DNA of 62,382 nucleotides, the filler included. It is 5 parts of 5 records of this genome, joined end to end, with 100 filler letters (N's around TTAATTAATTAA, not from the genome) between each part and the next. Parts side by side here need not be neighbours in the genome. Positions count along the whole stretch, not along the records: positions 1 to 16,764 come from SRR2962707_3052; positions 16,865 to 27,248 come from SRR2962707_3062; 3 more parts are not named here. One strand, given 5' to 3'. Numbering within the stretch: the first letter of the stretch is position 1; every line of letters starts with the position of its first letter. The translations under genes and the position numbers were made by a program. The notes beneath the pieces are model-generated. The model did no database searches. It saw only the letters and a list, made by a program, of their open reading frames with translations, and was not told the DNA's origin. This document shows positions 9,926-19,945 of the stretch, piece after piece.

Positions 9926-10031
9926 TGATTAACCATGTCCGGTCCAGTGTTGATGCTCGTCGAGTCATCTTGCAAGCGCCGTGCCGCGATCAGATGCTCC
10001 ACTTTGGCACACATTGAAACGATTGGCGTTC

Positions 10032-10766
10032 ATGTCTGACTCAGCATCCACAGTTGAACACGCACCGTTGCTGTCACCCCGCTTTGTCTGGAAGCTGACG
10101 GCGGTTGTGACTGTCTTGTGCGTCATCACACTGGCAATCGCTGTTGCCGGGCGCATGATCGGAAAGAGTATTTCCTATGCCGGCAATACGGCTGATCGAA
10201 CATTGCATGAAATTGTGATCGGCAATGATGTCATCAGCCTGCCGGCCAATGTGATCCGCTTCGAGAGCCAGCGTGTATCCGGCGCGCAAAACGCGGTCGA
10301 CACCTATTTCTCCTGGCCGGGAATGAATGGCTACAGCGAGGCGCACCGCGATATATTCAGCCAGACACGTTCAGCTCATGGATTGATTTTTGCACGGATT
10401 GCCCAGGCGACCATGTCGCGGGACATGTCAGGCCGGTTCACCCCGATCTACAAGAGATTGACCGATGGTCCGCCTGTTGCCGGTCCGAATGGACTGAATT
10501 CGTTCCGGCTGCGGCCAGGGGCCGGTTACGCCAACGAATTGATGTATGTCGAGCAATCACCGGCAGAACGGCCTTATGCCGTTCGATGCCTGGTGGAGGA
10601 GCCCGGATCCGAGACCAATTTCACCACCCTGACCGGTTGCCAGCGTGACATCTTCATTGGCAAGGATCTGTCGGTGACCTACCGCTTTTCGATAGATCTG
10701 CTGCCCCATTGGCAACAGATCGAAGCGGATGTCCGCAAGCGCCTGGAGATGGCGCTGGAAAATTGA
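10032..10766 (+). CDS. Membrane-anchored hypothetical protein
   Basis: N-terminal TM helix followed by a soluble domain with two Cys; start uncertain (9981 or 10032). Confidence 0.7.
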   Translation: MSDSASTVEHAPLLSPRFVWKLTAVVTVLCVITLAIAVAGRMIGKSISYAGNTADRTLHEIVIGNDVISLPANVIRFESQRVSGAQNAVDTYFSWPGMNGYSEAHRDIFSQTRSAHGLIFARIAQATMSRDMSGRFTPIYKRLTDGPPVAGPNGLNSFRLRPGAGYANELMYVEQSPAERPYAVRCLVEEPGSETNFTTLTGCQRDIFIGKDLSVTYRFSIDLLPHWQQIEADVRKRLEMALEN

Positions 10767-10772
10767 GGACAA

Positions 10773-10979
10773 TTAGTCCAGATCGACGTCCAGAATTGCC
10801 ATCGAGAAATTATACGACAGATCACCATCTTCATCATCACGGAACACGATGCCGAGGAACTCGCCGTCACCATAGACTTCCGCTGAATCATTTTTCTGGG
10901 GCCGCGCCTTGACCACCATCTTGTCGTTGAAAATACGCTTGAAATAGGCGTTCAGCTTGATCAGTTCGTCCGGTTTCAC
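10773..10979 (-). CDS. DUF3126 family protein
   Basis: DSAEVY...EFLG...D.EDGDLSYNF.MAILD.DL; lies downstream of cysE. Confidence 0.85.
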   Translation of the reverse strand: MKPDELIKLNAYFKRIFNDKMVVKARPQKNDSAEVYGDGEFLGIVFRDDEDGDLSYNFSMAILDVDLD

Positions 10980-11093
10980 GGTATTCTCCTGGGAAATTGG
11001 GTTCGCCGGGCTTTTGGCACGGACAGAAGGCTAAATCAAACCCGCGTTGTGGTTATCAAGCTAATATCGAACAGCAGAACCGACCTGCCGAAC

Positions 11094-11954
11094 TCACGAA
11101 CCGCCACTGATTAGCTGATCCATCGCCCGGGAAGGCTCCTCGCAGCCGGCCGTTCCGACAACACGTGCAGGAACGCCCGCAACCGTCGAATTGGGTGGAA
11201 CCGGCTTGAGTACCACCGATCCCGCAGCCACGCGGCTGCAGTGGCCAATCTCGATATTGCCAAGCACCTTTGCGCCCGCCCCAATCAACACGCCGTCCAT
11301 GATCTTGGGATGCCGGTCACCGGTTTCCTTACCTGTGCCACCGAGCGTAACGCCTTGAAGCAATGACACATTATCGCCAACCGTCGCCGTCATGCCGACG
11401 ACCAGACCGGTGGCATGATCAAGGAACAGGCCCTTGCCAAGCTTCGCGGCGGGGTGGATGTCGGTCTGGAAAATCTCGGACGAGCGGCTCTGCAGGTAAA
11501 GCGCCAGATCAATCCGGCCCTTGCCCCACAACCAATGCGCCAGACGGTGGGTCTGGATGGCATGAAAGCCCTTGAAATACAGCACTGGCTGGATGAACCG
11601 CGTGCAGGCGGGGTCACGGTCGTAAACCGCCTGAATATCGACACGCAACACAGATCCCCATTCGCGCCAGTCATTGACCATTTCAAGAAAGGTCTGGCGC
11701 AGAAGATTGGCCTGGAGATCCTGATGGTCGAGACGCTCGCACACCCTATGAATCACCGCCTCCTCGAGCGAAGGCTGGTTGAGAACAGTCGAGTAGAGGA
11801 ATGCGGCAAGCAGGGGGTCTTGCGCGATCGAACGCTCGGCCTCCATGCGTATGGAGTCCCAGATCGGATCAATCGCCTTGACGGACTCACCCGCCCGTGC
11901 ACCTGATTTCGCTGACATTGCCGCCTCCGGGCTGGTTTGCATTTTCAGCGTCAC
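11094..11954 (-). CDS. cysE: Serine O-acetyltransferase
   Basis: RDPAC, FKGFHA, DIHPAA, LDHATG, GGTGKETGDRHPK; the start may be 11918. Confidence 0.96.
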   Translation of the reverse strand: MTLKMQTSPEAAMSAKSGARAGESVKAIDPIWDSIRMEAERSIAQDPLLAAFLYSTVLNQPSLEEAVIHRVCERLDHQDLQANLLRQTFLEMVNDWREWGSVLRVDIQAVYDRDPACTRFIQPVLYFKGFHAIQTHRLAHWLWGKGRIDLALYLQSRSSEIFQTDIHPAAKLGKGLFLDHATGLVVGMTATVGDNVSLLQGVTLGGTGKETGDRHPKIMDGVLIGAGAKVLGNIEIGHCSRVAAGSVVLKPVPPNSTVAGVPARVVGTAGCEEPSRAMDQLISGGS

Positions 11955-12079
11955 ACCAGTTTCTGCAAACGAACTGGATACGCCGAAGGGCCTTGATAAG
12001 GTGTCGCTGACCGTTGTTCAAATGAAGACATTTGAACGCAGCCTTCAATTCAAGATAAGACACAACGCAGAAAAAACAA

Positions 12080-12898
12080 ATGGCGGATGAAATGGACGTA
12101 AACATATCCTTTGCGGACGGCGCCATCGCAGCTGCAATCGCGGGCACCGGAATTGGCCGACTGATCGTCAACCGCCCCGAAAAACGCAACGCCCTGACCG
12201 ATGCAATGTGGCGTGCAGTGCCCGAGGCAATTGACTGGTTGATCACCCGGCATCATGCCCGCGTGGTCATTATCGAGGGCGCTGGTGACCAGGATTTTTC
12301 CGCGGGCGCCGATATTGCCGAATTCGCCACCCTGCGAAAGGATGCCGAAACGGCACGGAAGTACGAGGCGGGAAATTCGGCCGCCTTTGCCGCAATTCGC
12401 CACTGCCCCGTACCGGTGATTGCAGCGGTGCGCGGCATCTGTTTTGGCGGAGGTTTCGGGCTTGCTGCTGCGTGCGATATCAGAGTTGCAGACGAAACAG
12501 CGCGGTTTGCCATTCCCGCAGCCCGGCTTGGCCTCGCCTACCCGCCTGACGCGGTTCAGGATCTGGTCCGCGCACTGGGCGATCAGCAGGCGCGTCTGGC
12601 GTTGTTCTCGGCGCGGGAAATTTCAGTGAACCAGGCTCTGGTCTGCGGCTGCATTGCACAACTGTGCAGCCCGGATCAGCTCGACGCAGAGGTTCTGGCC
12701 CTCGCCGCCTCTATCGCTGCTGCAGCTCCATTGTCGGTCCGTGCCTCGAAAGCCGCCATTTTGGCAGTGCGCAGCGGCTCGGGAAAGGACCACGATCAGG
12801 CAGCCGCACTTGCAGCCTCGACCTTCGACAGCCAGGACTATGCCGAAGGCCGTCGCGCCTTCATGGACAAACGAAAAGCCGTCTTTGCCGGCAAGTGA
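12080..12898 (+). CDS. Enoyl-CoA hydratase/isomerase family protein
   Basis: NRPEKRNAL, FSAGADI, GICFGGG, DYAEG..AF. Confidence 0.9.
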   Translation: MADEMDVNISFADGAIAAAIAGTGIGRLIVNRPEKRNALTDAMWRAVPEAIDWLITRHHARVVIIEGAGDQDFSAGADIAEFATLRKDAETARKYEAGNSAAFAAIRHCPVPVIAAVRGICFGGGFGLAAACDIRVADETARFAIPAARLGLAYPPDAVQDLVRALGDQQARLALFSAREISVNQALVCGCIAQLCSPDQLDAEVLALAASIAAAAPLSVRASKAAILAVRSGSGKDHDQAAALAASTFDSQDYAEGRRAFMDKRKAVFAGK

Positions 12899-12902
12899 GC
12901 CT

Positions 12903-13793
12903 TCAGCTGCGTCCCTCGAGCCTGTCAAGGAAGTCCGATACCGCATCATTGAAGGCGTCATTGCGGTCACCCGCCACCATGTGCCCTGCCCCGGACACAT
13001 CGGCGAAATCGGCATGCGGCACCATTTCACGGAACGCCGTTACAGCTTCTTCCGTTACCAGTTCGGACTGCTGACCGCGCACCAGAAGCACCGGAACCGT
13101 CAACCCGCGGGCCGCTTCGACAAGCCGTTCCTGACCTGTTTCCGATCCATGATTGATGTTGCGGGGCCCTTCGATAAAGGCCGGATCCCAGTGCCACCGG
13201 TAGCGTCCGTCTTCGCCTATGCGCAGGTTCTTTGCCAAACCATCAAGCGAACGGCGCGGTGCCCTGTTTGGCAGATAGGCGGCAATCGCAGCCGCCGCTT
13301 CCTCCAGCGTGGCAAAGCCTTCACGCATGCGTTCCGCCATGAACCCTTGAACGCGACTGACTCCGTCCGCGTCCATATGTGGCGTGATATCGACAAGAAC
13401 CAGACCGGCCAGCAGTCCGGGTCCGCCGAGATGCTCGGCCATCAGCCCGGAAATGCCGCCGAGCGAGGCGCCGACAAGAACCGGTTGCTTGCCGTTTTGC
13501 TGAGCGATTTCGCGGCAAACAGCGACAGAATCAGCGGCATAATCATCAAAGGCATAGGCTTTGTCTTCGACCCAGGCGCTGTCTCCGTGCCCGCGTTGAT
13601 CGATGGTGAAAGCCATATGGCCCGCGTCCGCAATGCGTCGCGCAGCGCCACCCCAGGCATGCCGGGTCTGCCCTCCGCCGTGCAGGAGCAGCACCGGGTT
13701 GCCATGCACCTCGCCGCGCGGCTCATGCACATCGGCAACCAGCCGGTTGGCTGATGCCCCTGTGAAATCCATCTGCTTTTTCATGTCTTTCAT
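12903..13793 (-). CDS. Alpha/beta hydrolase
   Basis: LHGGGQ, GASLGG nucleophile elbow, GAGHMV. Confidence 0.9.
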   Translation of the reverse strand: MKDMKKQMDFTGASANRLVADVHEPRGEVHGNPVLLLHGGGQTRHAWGGAARRIADAGHMAFTIDQRGHGDSAWVEDKAYAFDDYAADSVAVCREIAQQNGKQPVLVGASLGGISGLMAEHLGGPGLLAGLVLVDITPHMDADGVSRVQGFMAERMREGFATLEEAAAAIAAYLPNRAPRRSLDGLAKNLRIGEDGRYRWHWDPAFIEGPRNINHGSETGQERLVEAARGLTVPVLLVRGQQSELVTEEAVTAFREMVPHADFADVSGAGHMVAGDRNDAFNDAVSDFLDRLEGRS

Positions 13794-14584
13794 CAGATGG
13801 ATCCCGCTTCGACATCGGCAAAAAATTCAAGAGCTGCGGCCTTGAACACCTTGTCGCCGACAGCGAGCATGTGATCCCGGTTGGGAATATCGATTGCCCG
13901 GGCACGCAGCATCAGTTGCGCCAGGCCATCAGCGGAACCGGCGATGTCATCACGCGTGCCGACGCCGATCAGGGCGGGCATGGTCAGGCGCGCCAGATCC
14001 TCGCGACTGACGAGCGTCCGCGATGTGGAAATGCAGGCGGCCAGTGCCAGCCGGTCGCTTTTCGTCTGCTCGGCAAAGGCGCGGAACATCCGACCGCGCT
14101 CGTCGCTGATATCGTCAAGCGAATCAGCCCGCAGGGCGGCTGCGATCGGGTCCCAGTCGCCCACCCCGTCAATCATGCCGAGACCCAGCCCGCCGAACAC
14201 CACGGAGCGAACCAGATCCGGCCGTGCAGCAGCCAGAAACGCCGAAATCCGCGCACCCATCGAGTACCCCATCACGTGGGCCGAGGTGATGTTGAGCGAA
14301 TCAAGCAGTCCCGCCGCGTCCGCAGCCATTGTCTCCGGATGATAGGCTTCAGGATCGTGTGGCTTGTCGGATTGACCATGACCACGGTTGTCGAGCGCAA
14401 TGATCCGGAAACCAGCCTCGTCAAGCGTTTTGAACCATCCGGGAAACACCCAGTTCACATGCGCAGTGGATGCAAAGCCATGGATCAACAGGATCGGGAA
14501 ACCATCCGGGTTACCCTCCTCATACCACGCAATCTCAATGTCTCCGGACGTGAAGCGTCCAGCCTGAAGCCGATCCAGATTCAT
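13793..14584 (-). CDS. Alpha/beta hydrolase
   Basis: IHGFAS, DNRGHG, GYSMG, RDHM. Confidence 0.9.
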   Translation of the reverse strand: MNLDRLQAGRFTSGDIEIAWYEEGNPDGFPILLIHGFASTAHVNWVFPGWFKTLDEAGFRIIALDNRGHGQSDKPHDPEAYHPETMAADAAGLLDSLNITSAHVMGYSMGARISAFLAAARPDLVRSVVFGGLGLGMIDGVGDWDPIAAALRADSLDDISDERGRMFRAFAEQTKSDRLALAACISTSRTLVSREDLARLTMPALIGVGTRDDIAGSADGLAQLMLRARAIDIPNRDHMLAVGDKVFKAAALEFFADVEAGSI

Positions 14585-14759
14585 GAAAAACCCCTTTCGC
14601 TTCTTACCTAGCTCAATCGAACCGCCATGCAAATGTGACGGCATGCAATTTCACCGTCCCGTTCCGAAGAACTGCGCAGCGTTCAAATAGCGTCTACACT
14701 TTTGCAGGGTCAGCGTATAAGGTCCGCTCGAAACCGAGTACGCCACGACGGAGAGATGC

Positions 14760-15005
14760 ATGGCTGACCACAAAATACCGCATTTCCAGAATGATGCAGG
14801 GCACGCAGCGATCGAAATCGGCGTCAAGGAATTCATGTGCGTGGGTGCCAACCCGCCCTTCGATCATCCGCATGTCTTTCTCGATATGGGTGCGGACAGT
14901 GAAAAAGTCTGCCCCTATTGCTCAACGCTCTTCAAGTACACTCCGGCCTTGCATGGCGACGATACCGTCCCTGCAGGATGCTCATGGGTTTTTCAGGCAG
15001 CCTGA
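14760..15005 (+). CDS. Zinc-finger (zf-CHCC-like) domain protein
   Basis: C...DHPHVFLD...CPYC. Confidence 0.85.
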   Translation: MADHKIPHFQNDAGHAAIEIGVKEFMCVGANPPFDHPHVFLDMGADSEKVCPYCSTLFKYTPALHGDDTVPAGCSWVFQAA

Positions 15006-15159
15006 CCAACAACCACGGCGGTGACTGCTCGGTGTTGAGGCAAGACTGCCCGGAATCGGCTGCCCAGGACGCTTCGCTCCCCGGACTGTGCTTCTTGGCC
15101 TTCGTTGAACCGGTTCCGGCTGATAGCCTGCCGATCTGCACTGGCTCCGGGAGAACGCA

Positions 15160-16338
15160 GTGACGGCCCGCAATATTCTGATCATCGGCGCCGGCATTGG
15201 TGGCTTGACCACAGCCCTTGCCTTCGCAGCCAAAGGCCACGAGGTCGACATCGTTGAGCAGGCACAGGCCCTCAGCGAAGTTGGCGCAGGCCTTCAAGTC
15301 TCTCCGAACGCCAGCCGTATTCTGATTGCTCTCGGTCTGGGCCAGGCGCTGCGTGACGCCATGATCAGTCCGCATGAAATCGTCCTGTCTTCGGGCCAGT
15401 CACTGCGCAAGATCACCCATGTCCCCTGCGGCAGGTTTGCCGAAGACCGATGGGGTGCACCCTACGGTGTCATGCATCGCGCGGACCTGCAGACCCTGCT
15501 TCTGGACGCTGTGATGGCACACCCAAACTGCAACCTGCATCTCGGCCAACGCATACTGTCAGCCGATATCGGATCATTGCATCAGCGGCTGGACCGCCCC
15601 GTGCCTGATCTGATTGTCGGTGCGGATGGCGTATGGTCGCAAACCCGCAGCCTTGTCCCGAATGCTCCACAACCCCGCTTCACCGGTCAGGTGGCCTGGC
15701 GGTTCAAAGTGGCGGCAGAAACGGCGCGGCCGGTTCTCAACCCTGCAAACGTCACTGCATTCCTTGGGCCAAGAACCCATCTGGTCACCTATCCGCTGGA
15801 ACAAGGCACCACCATCAATATGGTGGCAATCACCAACGGAACCAGCCCGGGCGAAACATGGGCGGAGCAAGAGGCAGCCACACAGCGGCGAGAGCTTCTG
15901 AACGCATTTGCCGGTTGGCACCCGGATCTGCTCTCCATCCTTCGCAATGCACCCGAGATGACGCATTGGCCGCTGTTCGAAGTGCCCGACGGCACATGGT
16001 GTGACGGTGCGAGGACCATGCTGATCGGCGATGCAGCCCATGCCATGACGCCGTTTGCCGCCCAGGGTGCTGCGATGGCTATCGAAGACGGCTACGAGCT
16101 GGCCCAGGCGTTCTCGCAAAAAAGAGACGGCGAACTGGCTATAACGCTTGCACGCTATCAAGCTGCGCGACGGGCTCGAGTCGCCCGCACCCGCAGCCGG
16201 GGCGCCTTCAATCAGTTCGCCTATCATGCGCGTGGTCCGATCCGGTTCGGACGCGATCTGGTGCTCTCGCTCAAACCACCTGAAAGTCTCGCCGCCGATC
16301 TGGACTGGCTCTACGGCTACCGCGCTGTGGGGCTGTAA
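15160..16338 (+). CDS. FAD-dependent monooxygenase (salicylate hydroxylase-like)
   Basis: GAGIGG, GADG, GDAAHAM.P..AQG. Confidence 0.9.
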   Translation: MTARNILIIGAGIGGLTTALAFAAKGHEVDIVEQAQALSEVGAGLQVSPNASRILIALGLGQALRDAMISPHEIVLSSGQSLRKITHVPCGRFAEDRWGAPYGVMHRADLQTLLLDAVMAHPNCNLHLGQRILSADIGSLHQRLDRPVPDLIVGADGVWSQTRSLVPNAPQPRFTGQVAWRFKVAAETARPVLNPANVTAFLGPRTHLVTYPLEQGTTINMVAITNGTSPGETWAEQEAATQRRELLNAFAGWHPDLLSILRNAPEMTHWPLFEVPDGTWCDGARTMLIGDAAHAMTPFAAQGAAMAIEDGYELAQAFSQKRDGELAITLARYQAARRARVARTRSRGAFNQFAYHARGPIRFGRDLVLSLKPPESLAADLDWLYGYRAVGL

Positions 16339-16399
16339 GCGGTTCGGCCTGCCGGTTTCTGTAAAACAGTCTCGGACGCGATATTCAGGGCCACTAACC

Positions 16400-16430
16400 A
16401 AAAAGGCCCCGGAAACAATGTCCCGAGGCC
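16400..16430 (-). terminator. Rho-independent terminator after aapP
   Basis: Minus strand GGCCTCGG...CCGGGGCC followed by T5. Confidence 0.6.
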
Positions 16431-16487
16431 CGGTAATGTGAGTATCCGGAGCCGACCGAAGGCGGCCCGGAACCATCTGTTGCGATT

Positions 16488-16764
16488 CTAGTGCAGGATC
16501 TGGCTCAGGAACAGTTTTGTCCGTTCGTGCTGCGGGTTGTCGAAGAACTCGCCCGGCTCGTTCTGCTCGACAATCTGCCCCTGGTCCATAAAGATCACCC
16601 GGTTGGCAACCTGACGTGCAAAGCCCATTTCGTGGGTCACGCACAACATGGTCATGCCTTCCTCGGCCAGCCCCACCATGGTATCGAGCACTTCCTTGAT
16701 CATTTCCGGATCAAGCGCCGATGTCGGCTCGTCAAACAGCATGATGCGCGGGTTCATGCACAGC
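16488..16764 (-). CDS. aapP: Amino acid ABC transporter ATPase (AapP/BztD), 3' part only
   Basis: [27 protein letters not shown]; cut by the contig edge. Confidence 0.85.
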
Positions 16765-16863
16765 NNNNNNNNNNNNNNNNNNNNNNNNNNNNNNNNNNNN
16801 NNNNNNNNTTAATTAATTAANNNNNNNNNNNNNNNNNNNNNNNNNNNNNNNNNNNNNNNNNNN
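16765..16863. other. Artificial contig junction
   Basis: N-run with central TTAATTAATTAA (16809-16820). Confidence 0.98.
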
Positions 16864-17179
16864 NGTCGCGCTGCCAGTCGGTATAGGTGATGTTGTCGCC
16901 ATGGCACCGCCGCCACGGCTGACCCGCGTCGATACCCGCCGAAATCGTGACCGATTCCGATGCCGTCACAACCAGCCCATAGGGCCGCCCGAAACTGCAG
17001 TACAGAAAGCCCGAGTAATAGGCGATATTGTGCATTGAGGTGAAGACACAGGCGCTCACGCCAAGCGCCTCCATCGTGCGGCGCAGCCACGCCAGCCGGG
17101 CGTCATATTCGGACGCGGCAAACGGTAGCGCGACCTTGTCGCCATTGTGAAATCTATAAAATTCAGGACGTTGCGTCAT
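16864..17179 (-). CDS. Creatinase / M24 family N-terminal part, truncated
   Basis: HNG.K...PF...EY..R, TSMHNIAYYSGFLYCSFGRPY, GQPWRR; GGAGG SD. Confidence 0.85.
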
Positions 17180-17402
17180 GTGACCCTCCAGAAACGTGCC
17201 GCCTTGGGGGGTTGCGAAACCTGACCCCACCGCGAAACGGCACAGAAAGGTCCCGGCGTGCAGGACTGGGATAAAGCTCATGGCAAGCCATGTGGCGACG
17301 CCATCGCCCCGCTTCGCTGCAAGCGTTACGCCCGTTGCCCCAACCGCGCAAGTGGGCTTTGCGATTCCCAGATACGCGCATGCCAGTCACCGCCAGCGGT
17401 GC

Positions 17403-18197
17403 CTAACCTTGCATCAGGGTGCGGATCATCGCGCCGTTTGGATCAAGTAAGCCGTCGATCACGTCGAAATGATGCCGCCCCGGCTGAACCACGTGCCCGC
17501 AACCCCATGCCTCGGCCAGCCAGCGCGCCTGATCCAGAAAGGCGGGCCGTTCATCCGCCCCGACCCAAACCGCCACCGGCACGTCGGGTTTGGGCTGCAA
17601 CACTGGGCTTTCGGCCTGTGATTCATCGGTATCTAGTTGAAAGTCCGCATTCATCCGGGTGTCCAGCAGCGGCCGCAAATCCGACACTGGCGAAATCAAC
17701 ATCGCGCGCACAATCCGCCGCCGCACATCATCCCCAAGCATCCCTGATGCGAGGGCACGCGCCACCAGATGCCCGCCTGCCGAATGTCCGACCAACCGCA
17801 GCGGGCCGGGAATCTCATGCGCGGCCACAGTGATCGCCTGCGCGACCTGCCGGGCAATGTCGCAAATTCGCACCCTTGGCACCAGATCGTAGGACGGCAT
17901 TGCAACTGTCTGACCCTGCTCCAGCAATCCAGTTGCAAAGTGGGAAAACAAACTGCGGTCAAACCGCCGCCAATATCCGCCATGGACAAAAACTGTCAGC
18001 CCGTGATGCGCCCCCTGCGGCAGGAACAGATCCATTGCCTGCCTCGTTCCTTGACCATACATCAATCCCAGCCGCGCCCGGCCTGCCACGGACATCCCCT
18101 GGCGAAAGGTTTCGGCATCGCTGCGCCAAAGAGGTTCATATGCGGCGGCGTCGGGAATATAGCCGACATTGTCATAGGCGTCGTCCAGGTCCATCAC
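17403..18197 (-). CDS. Alpha/beta hydrolase (arylformamidase/esterase-like)
   Basis: HGGYW, GHSAGG, HHFDV. Confidence 0.88.
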   Translation of the reverse strand: MMDLDDAYDNVGYIPDAAAYEPLWRSDAETFRQGMSVAGRARLGLMYGQGTRQAMDLFLPQGAHHGLTVFVHGGYWRRFDRSLFSHFATGLLEQGQTVAMPSYDLVPRVRICDIARQVAQAITVAAHEIPGPLRLVGHSAGGHLVARALASGMLGDDVRRRIVRAMLISPVSDLRPLLDTRMNADFQLDTDESQAESPVLQPKPDVPVAVWVGADERPAFLDQARWLAEAWGCGHVVQPGRHHFDVIDGLLDPNGAMIRTLMQG

Positions 18198-18272
18198 TTT
18201 CCTCGTCTTGGCTTCTGGACTATATCCACATCAGACGGTGCGCACCAAGCCGCATCAAAACCGGAGACAGAC

Positions 18273-19748
18273 ATGCTCGATCAGACAACAAACCTCGCTT
18301 CGCTCATGAACGACCCAACTTTGCTGGAAACCCGCGCTTATATTGGCGGCAAATGGGTCGATGGCGACAAGGGCACGTTTGACGTTCTGAACCCCGCGCG
18401 GGGGGATGTGGTCGCCCAGGTGGCTGACCTGTCCCGTGCCCAGGTCAACGGTGCGATTGCACAGGCCGAAGCGGCGCAAAAGGAATGGGCCAAGTGGACC
18501 GGCAAGGAACGCGCCAACGTGATGCGCAAATGGTTCGACCTGATGATGGCGAACCAGCATGACCTGGGTCTGATCCTGACGGCGGAACAGGGCAAACCAC
18601 TAGCCGAAGCCAAGGGTGAGATCGCGTATGGCGCGTCCTTTATCGAATTCTTTGGCGAAGAGGCCAAGCGCATCTACGGCGAAATGATCCCCGGGCATCA
18701 GCGTGACAAGCGGATCATGGTGATCAAACAGCCGATCGGAGTAGCCGCATCCATCACCCCGTGGAATTTCCCGAATGCCATGATCACCCGCAAGGCCGGT
18801 CCGGCGTTGGCAGCAGGGTGCGCCTTTGTCGCGCGTCCAGCCAAGGAAACGCCGCTATCGGCCATCGTACTGGGTGTGCTGGCCGAACGCGCGGGCATCC
18901 CGGCGGGCGTGTTCAACGTGCTTCCATCGTCGTCGTCGTCGGAAGTCGGCAAGGAATTCTGCGAAAACCCGGCCGTGCGCAAGCTGACGTTCACCGGCTC
19001 GACCGAGGTTGGGCGCATTCTGCTCAAGCAGGCCGCTGATCAGGTCATGAAGTGTTCCATGGAATTGGGCGGCAACGCACCCTTCATTGTGTTTGATGAC
19101 GCTGATCTTGATGCCGCCGTTGAAGGCGCAATCCTGTGCAAGTTCCGCAACAATGGCCAGACTTGCGTCTGCGCCAACCGCTTGTATGTCCAGTCAGGCG
19201 TTTATGACGCCTTTGCCGAAAAGCTGCGTGCGCGGGTCGCGGCGATGAAAGTCGGCGATGGCCTTGAAGAGGGCACCGATCTGGGCCCGCTGATCAACGC
19301 GGATGCCATCGTCAAGGTGCAAGAGCATATTGCCGATGCCAAGGCCAAAGGTGGAGAAGTCATTCTGGGCGGCGAAGCCGATCAGAAGCAGGGCAATTTC
19401 TTTGGTCCGACCATTGTGACCGGCGCGACCAAAGACATGCTGTTTTCCACTGAAGAAACCTTTGGTCCGCTCGCGCCGCTGTTCAAGTTCGAGGACGAGG
19501 ACGAGGTGATCGCGCTGGCCAATGATACGATCTTTGGTCTTGCATCCTATTTTTATGCCAAGGACCTGACCCGCGTCTACAAGGTGGCCGAGGCGCTGGA
19601 ATATGGCATCGTAGGTGTGAATACCGGCATCATCTCGACCGAACTGGCACCCTTTGGTGGGGTCAAACAGTCGGGTCTGGGCCGGGAAGGCAGCCACCAC
19701 GGCATCGAAGATTACCTTGAGATGAAATACGTCTGCCTGTCGATCTGA
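18273..19748 (+). CDS. gabD: NAD(P)-dependent succinate-semialdehyde dehydrogenase
   Basis: PWNFP, FTGST, MELGGNAP, GQTCVC, EETFGP; start reassigned after a GGAG SD. Confidence 0.95.
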   Translation: MLDQTTNLASLMNDPTLLETRAYIGGKWVDGDKGTFDVLNPARGDVVAQVADLSRAQVNGAIAQAEAAQKEWAKWTGKERANVMRKWFDLMMANQHDLGLILTAEQGKPLAEAKGEIAYGASFIEFFGEEAKRIYGEMIPGHQRDKRIMVIKQPIGVAASITPWNFPNAMITRKAGPALAAGCAFVARPAKETPLSAIVLGVLAERAGIPAGVFNVLPSSSSSEVGKEFCENPAVRKLTFTGSTEVGRILLKQAADQVMKCSMELGGNAPFIVFDDADLDAAVEGAILCKFRNNGQTCVCANRLYVQSGVYDAFAEKLRARVAAMKVGDGLEEGTDLGPLINADAIVKVQEHIADAKAKGGEVILGGEADQKQGNFFGPTIVTGATKDMLFSTEETFGPLAPLFKFEDEDEVIALANDTIFGLASYFYAKDLTRVYKVAEALEYGIVGVNTGIISTELAPFGGVKQSGLGREGSHHGIEDYLEMKYVCLSI

Positions 19749-19772
19749 TCGTTTCGGCAAACTGATCCAGCG

Positions 19773-19803
19773 GAGCGCGCCCCTATCGGGGCGCGCTCTT
19801 TCT
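19773..19803 (+). terminator. Rho-independent terminator
   Basis: GAGCGCGCCCC-TATC-GGGGCGCGCTC followed by a T-rich tail. Confidence 0.85.
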
Positions 19804-19862
19804 TGTCTCGTTCACCACGCTACGCGCGGTATCCTCTGGTGGGCGCCCGTGGCCGACGTCAT

Positions 19863-19902
19863 GCGTCACGGCGATCTTATAAAACTGTCAAGCGGATGTC
19901 GT
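19863..19902 (+). promoter_or_regulatory. Candidate Pho boxes (PhoB sites)
   Basis: GCGTCAC, ATCTTAT, CTGTCAA and ATGTCGT at an exact 11-bp period, resembling CTGTCAT. Confidence 0.55.
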
Positions 19903-19945
19903 GCAATCGGCGCACACCGCCCCCAAAGACAACAAGGGGACATTC

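Noticed and set aside
9929-9936. TTAACCAT CtrA-associated half motif (and a TTAA-N7-TAAG-like site near 6986-7000)
   Set aside because: Too short or imperfect to support without conservation data
12654-13754. Long opposite-strand ORFs (also 15574-16644, 19877-21226, 33512-34330, 54507-55565, 60557-61603)
   Set aside because: They lie antisense to well-supported genes and have no motifs; expected in high-GC coding DNA
16809-16820. TTAATTAATTAA repeated four times, and ORFs ending in XXX-LIN
   Set aside because: Assembly linker inside N-runs, not a biological repeat or CRISPR
17250-17266. Guanidine-II (mini-ykkC) riboswitch call for the creatinase leader
   Set aside because: It requires two hairpins with ACGR loops; only one ACGC-containing loop is present
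17769-18272. N-terminal extensions in the ORF track for gabD (also liuD from 46967, liuE from 48913, IscU-like from 2436, fabA from 56593)
   Set aside because: They overlap neighbouring genes or precede the SD-supported start; not true fusions
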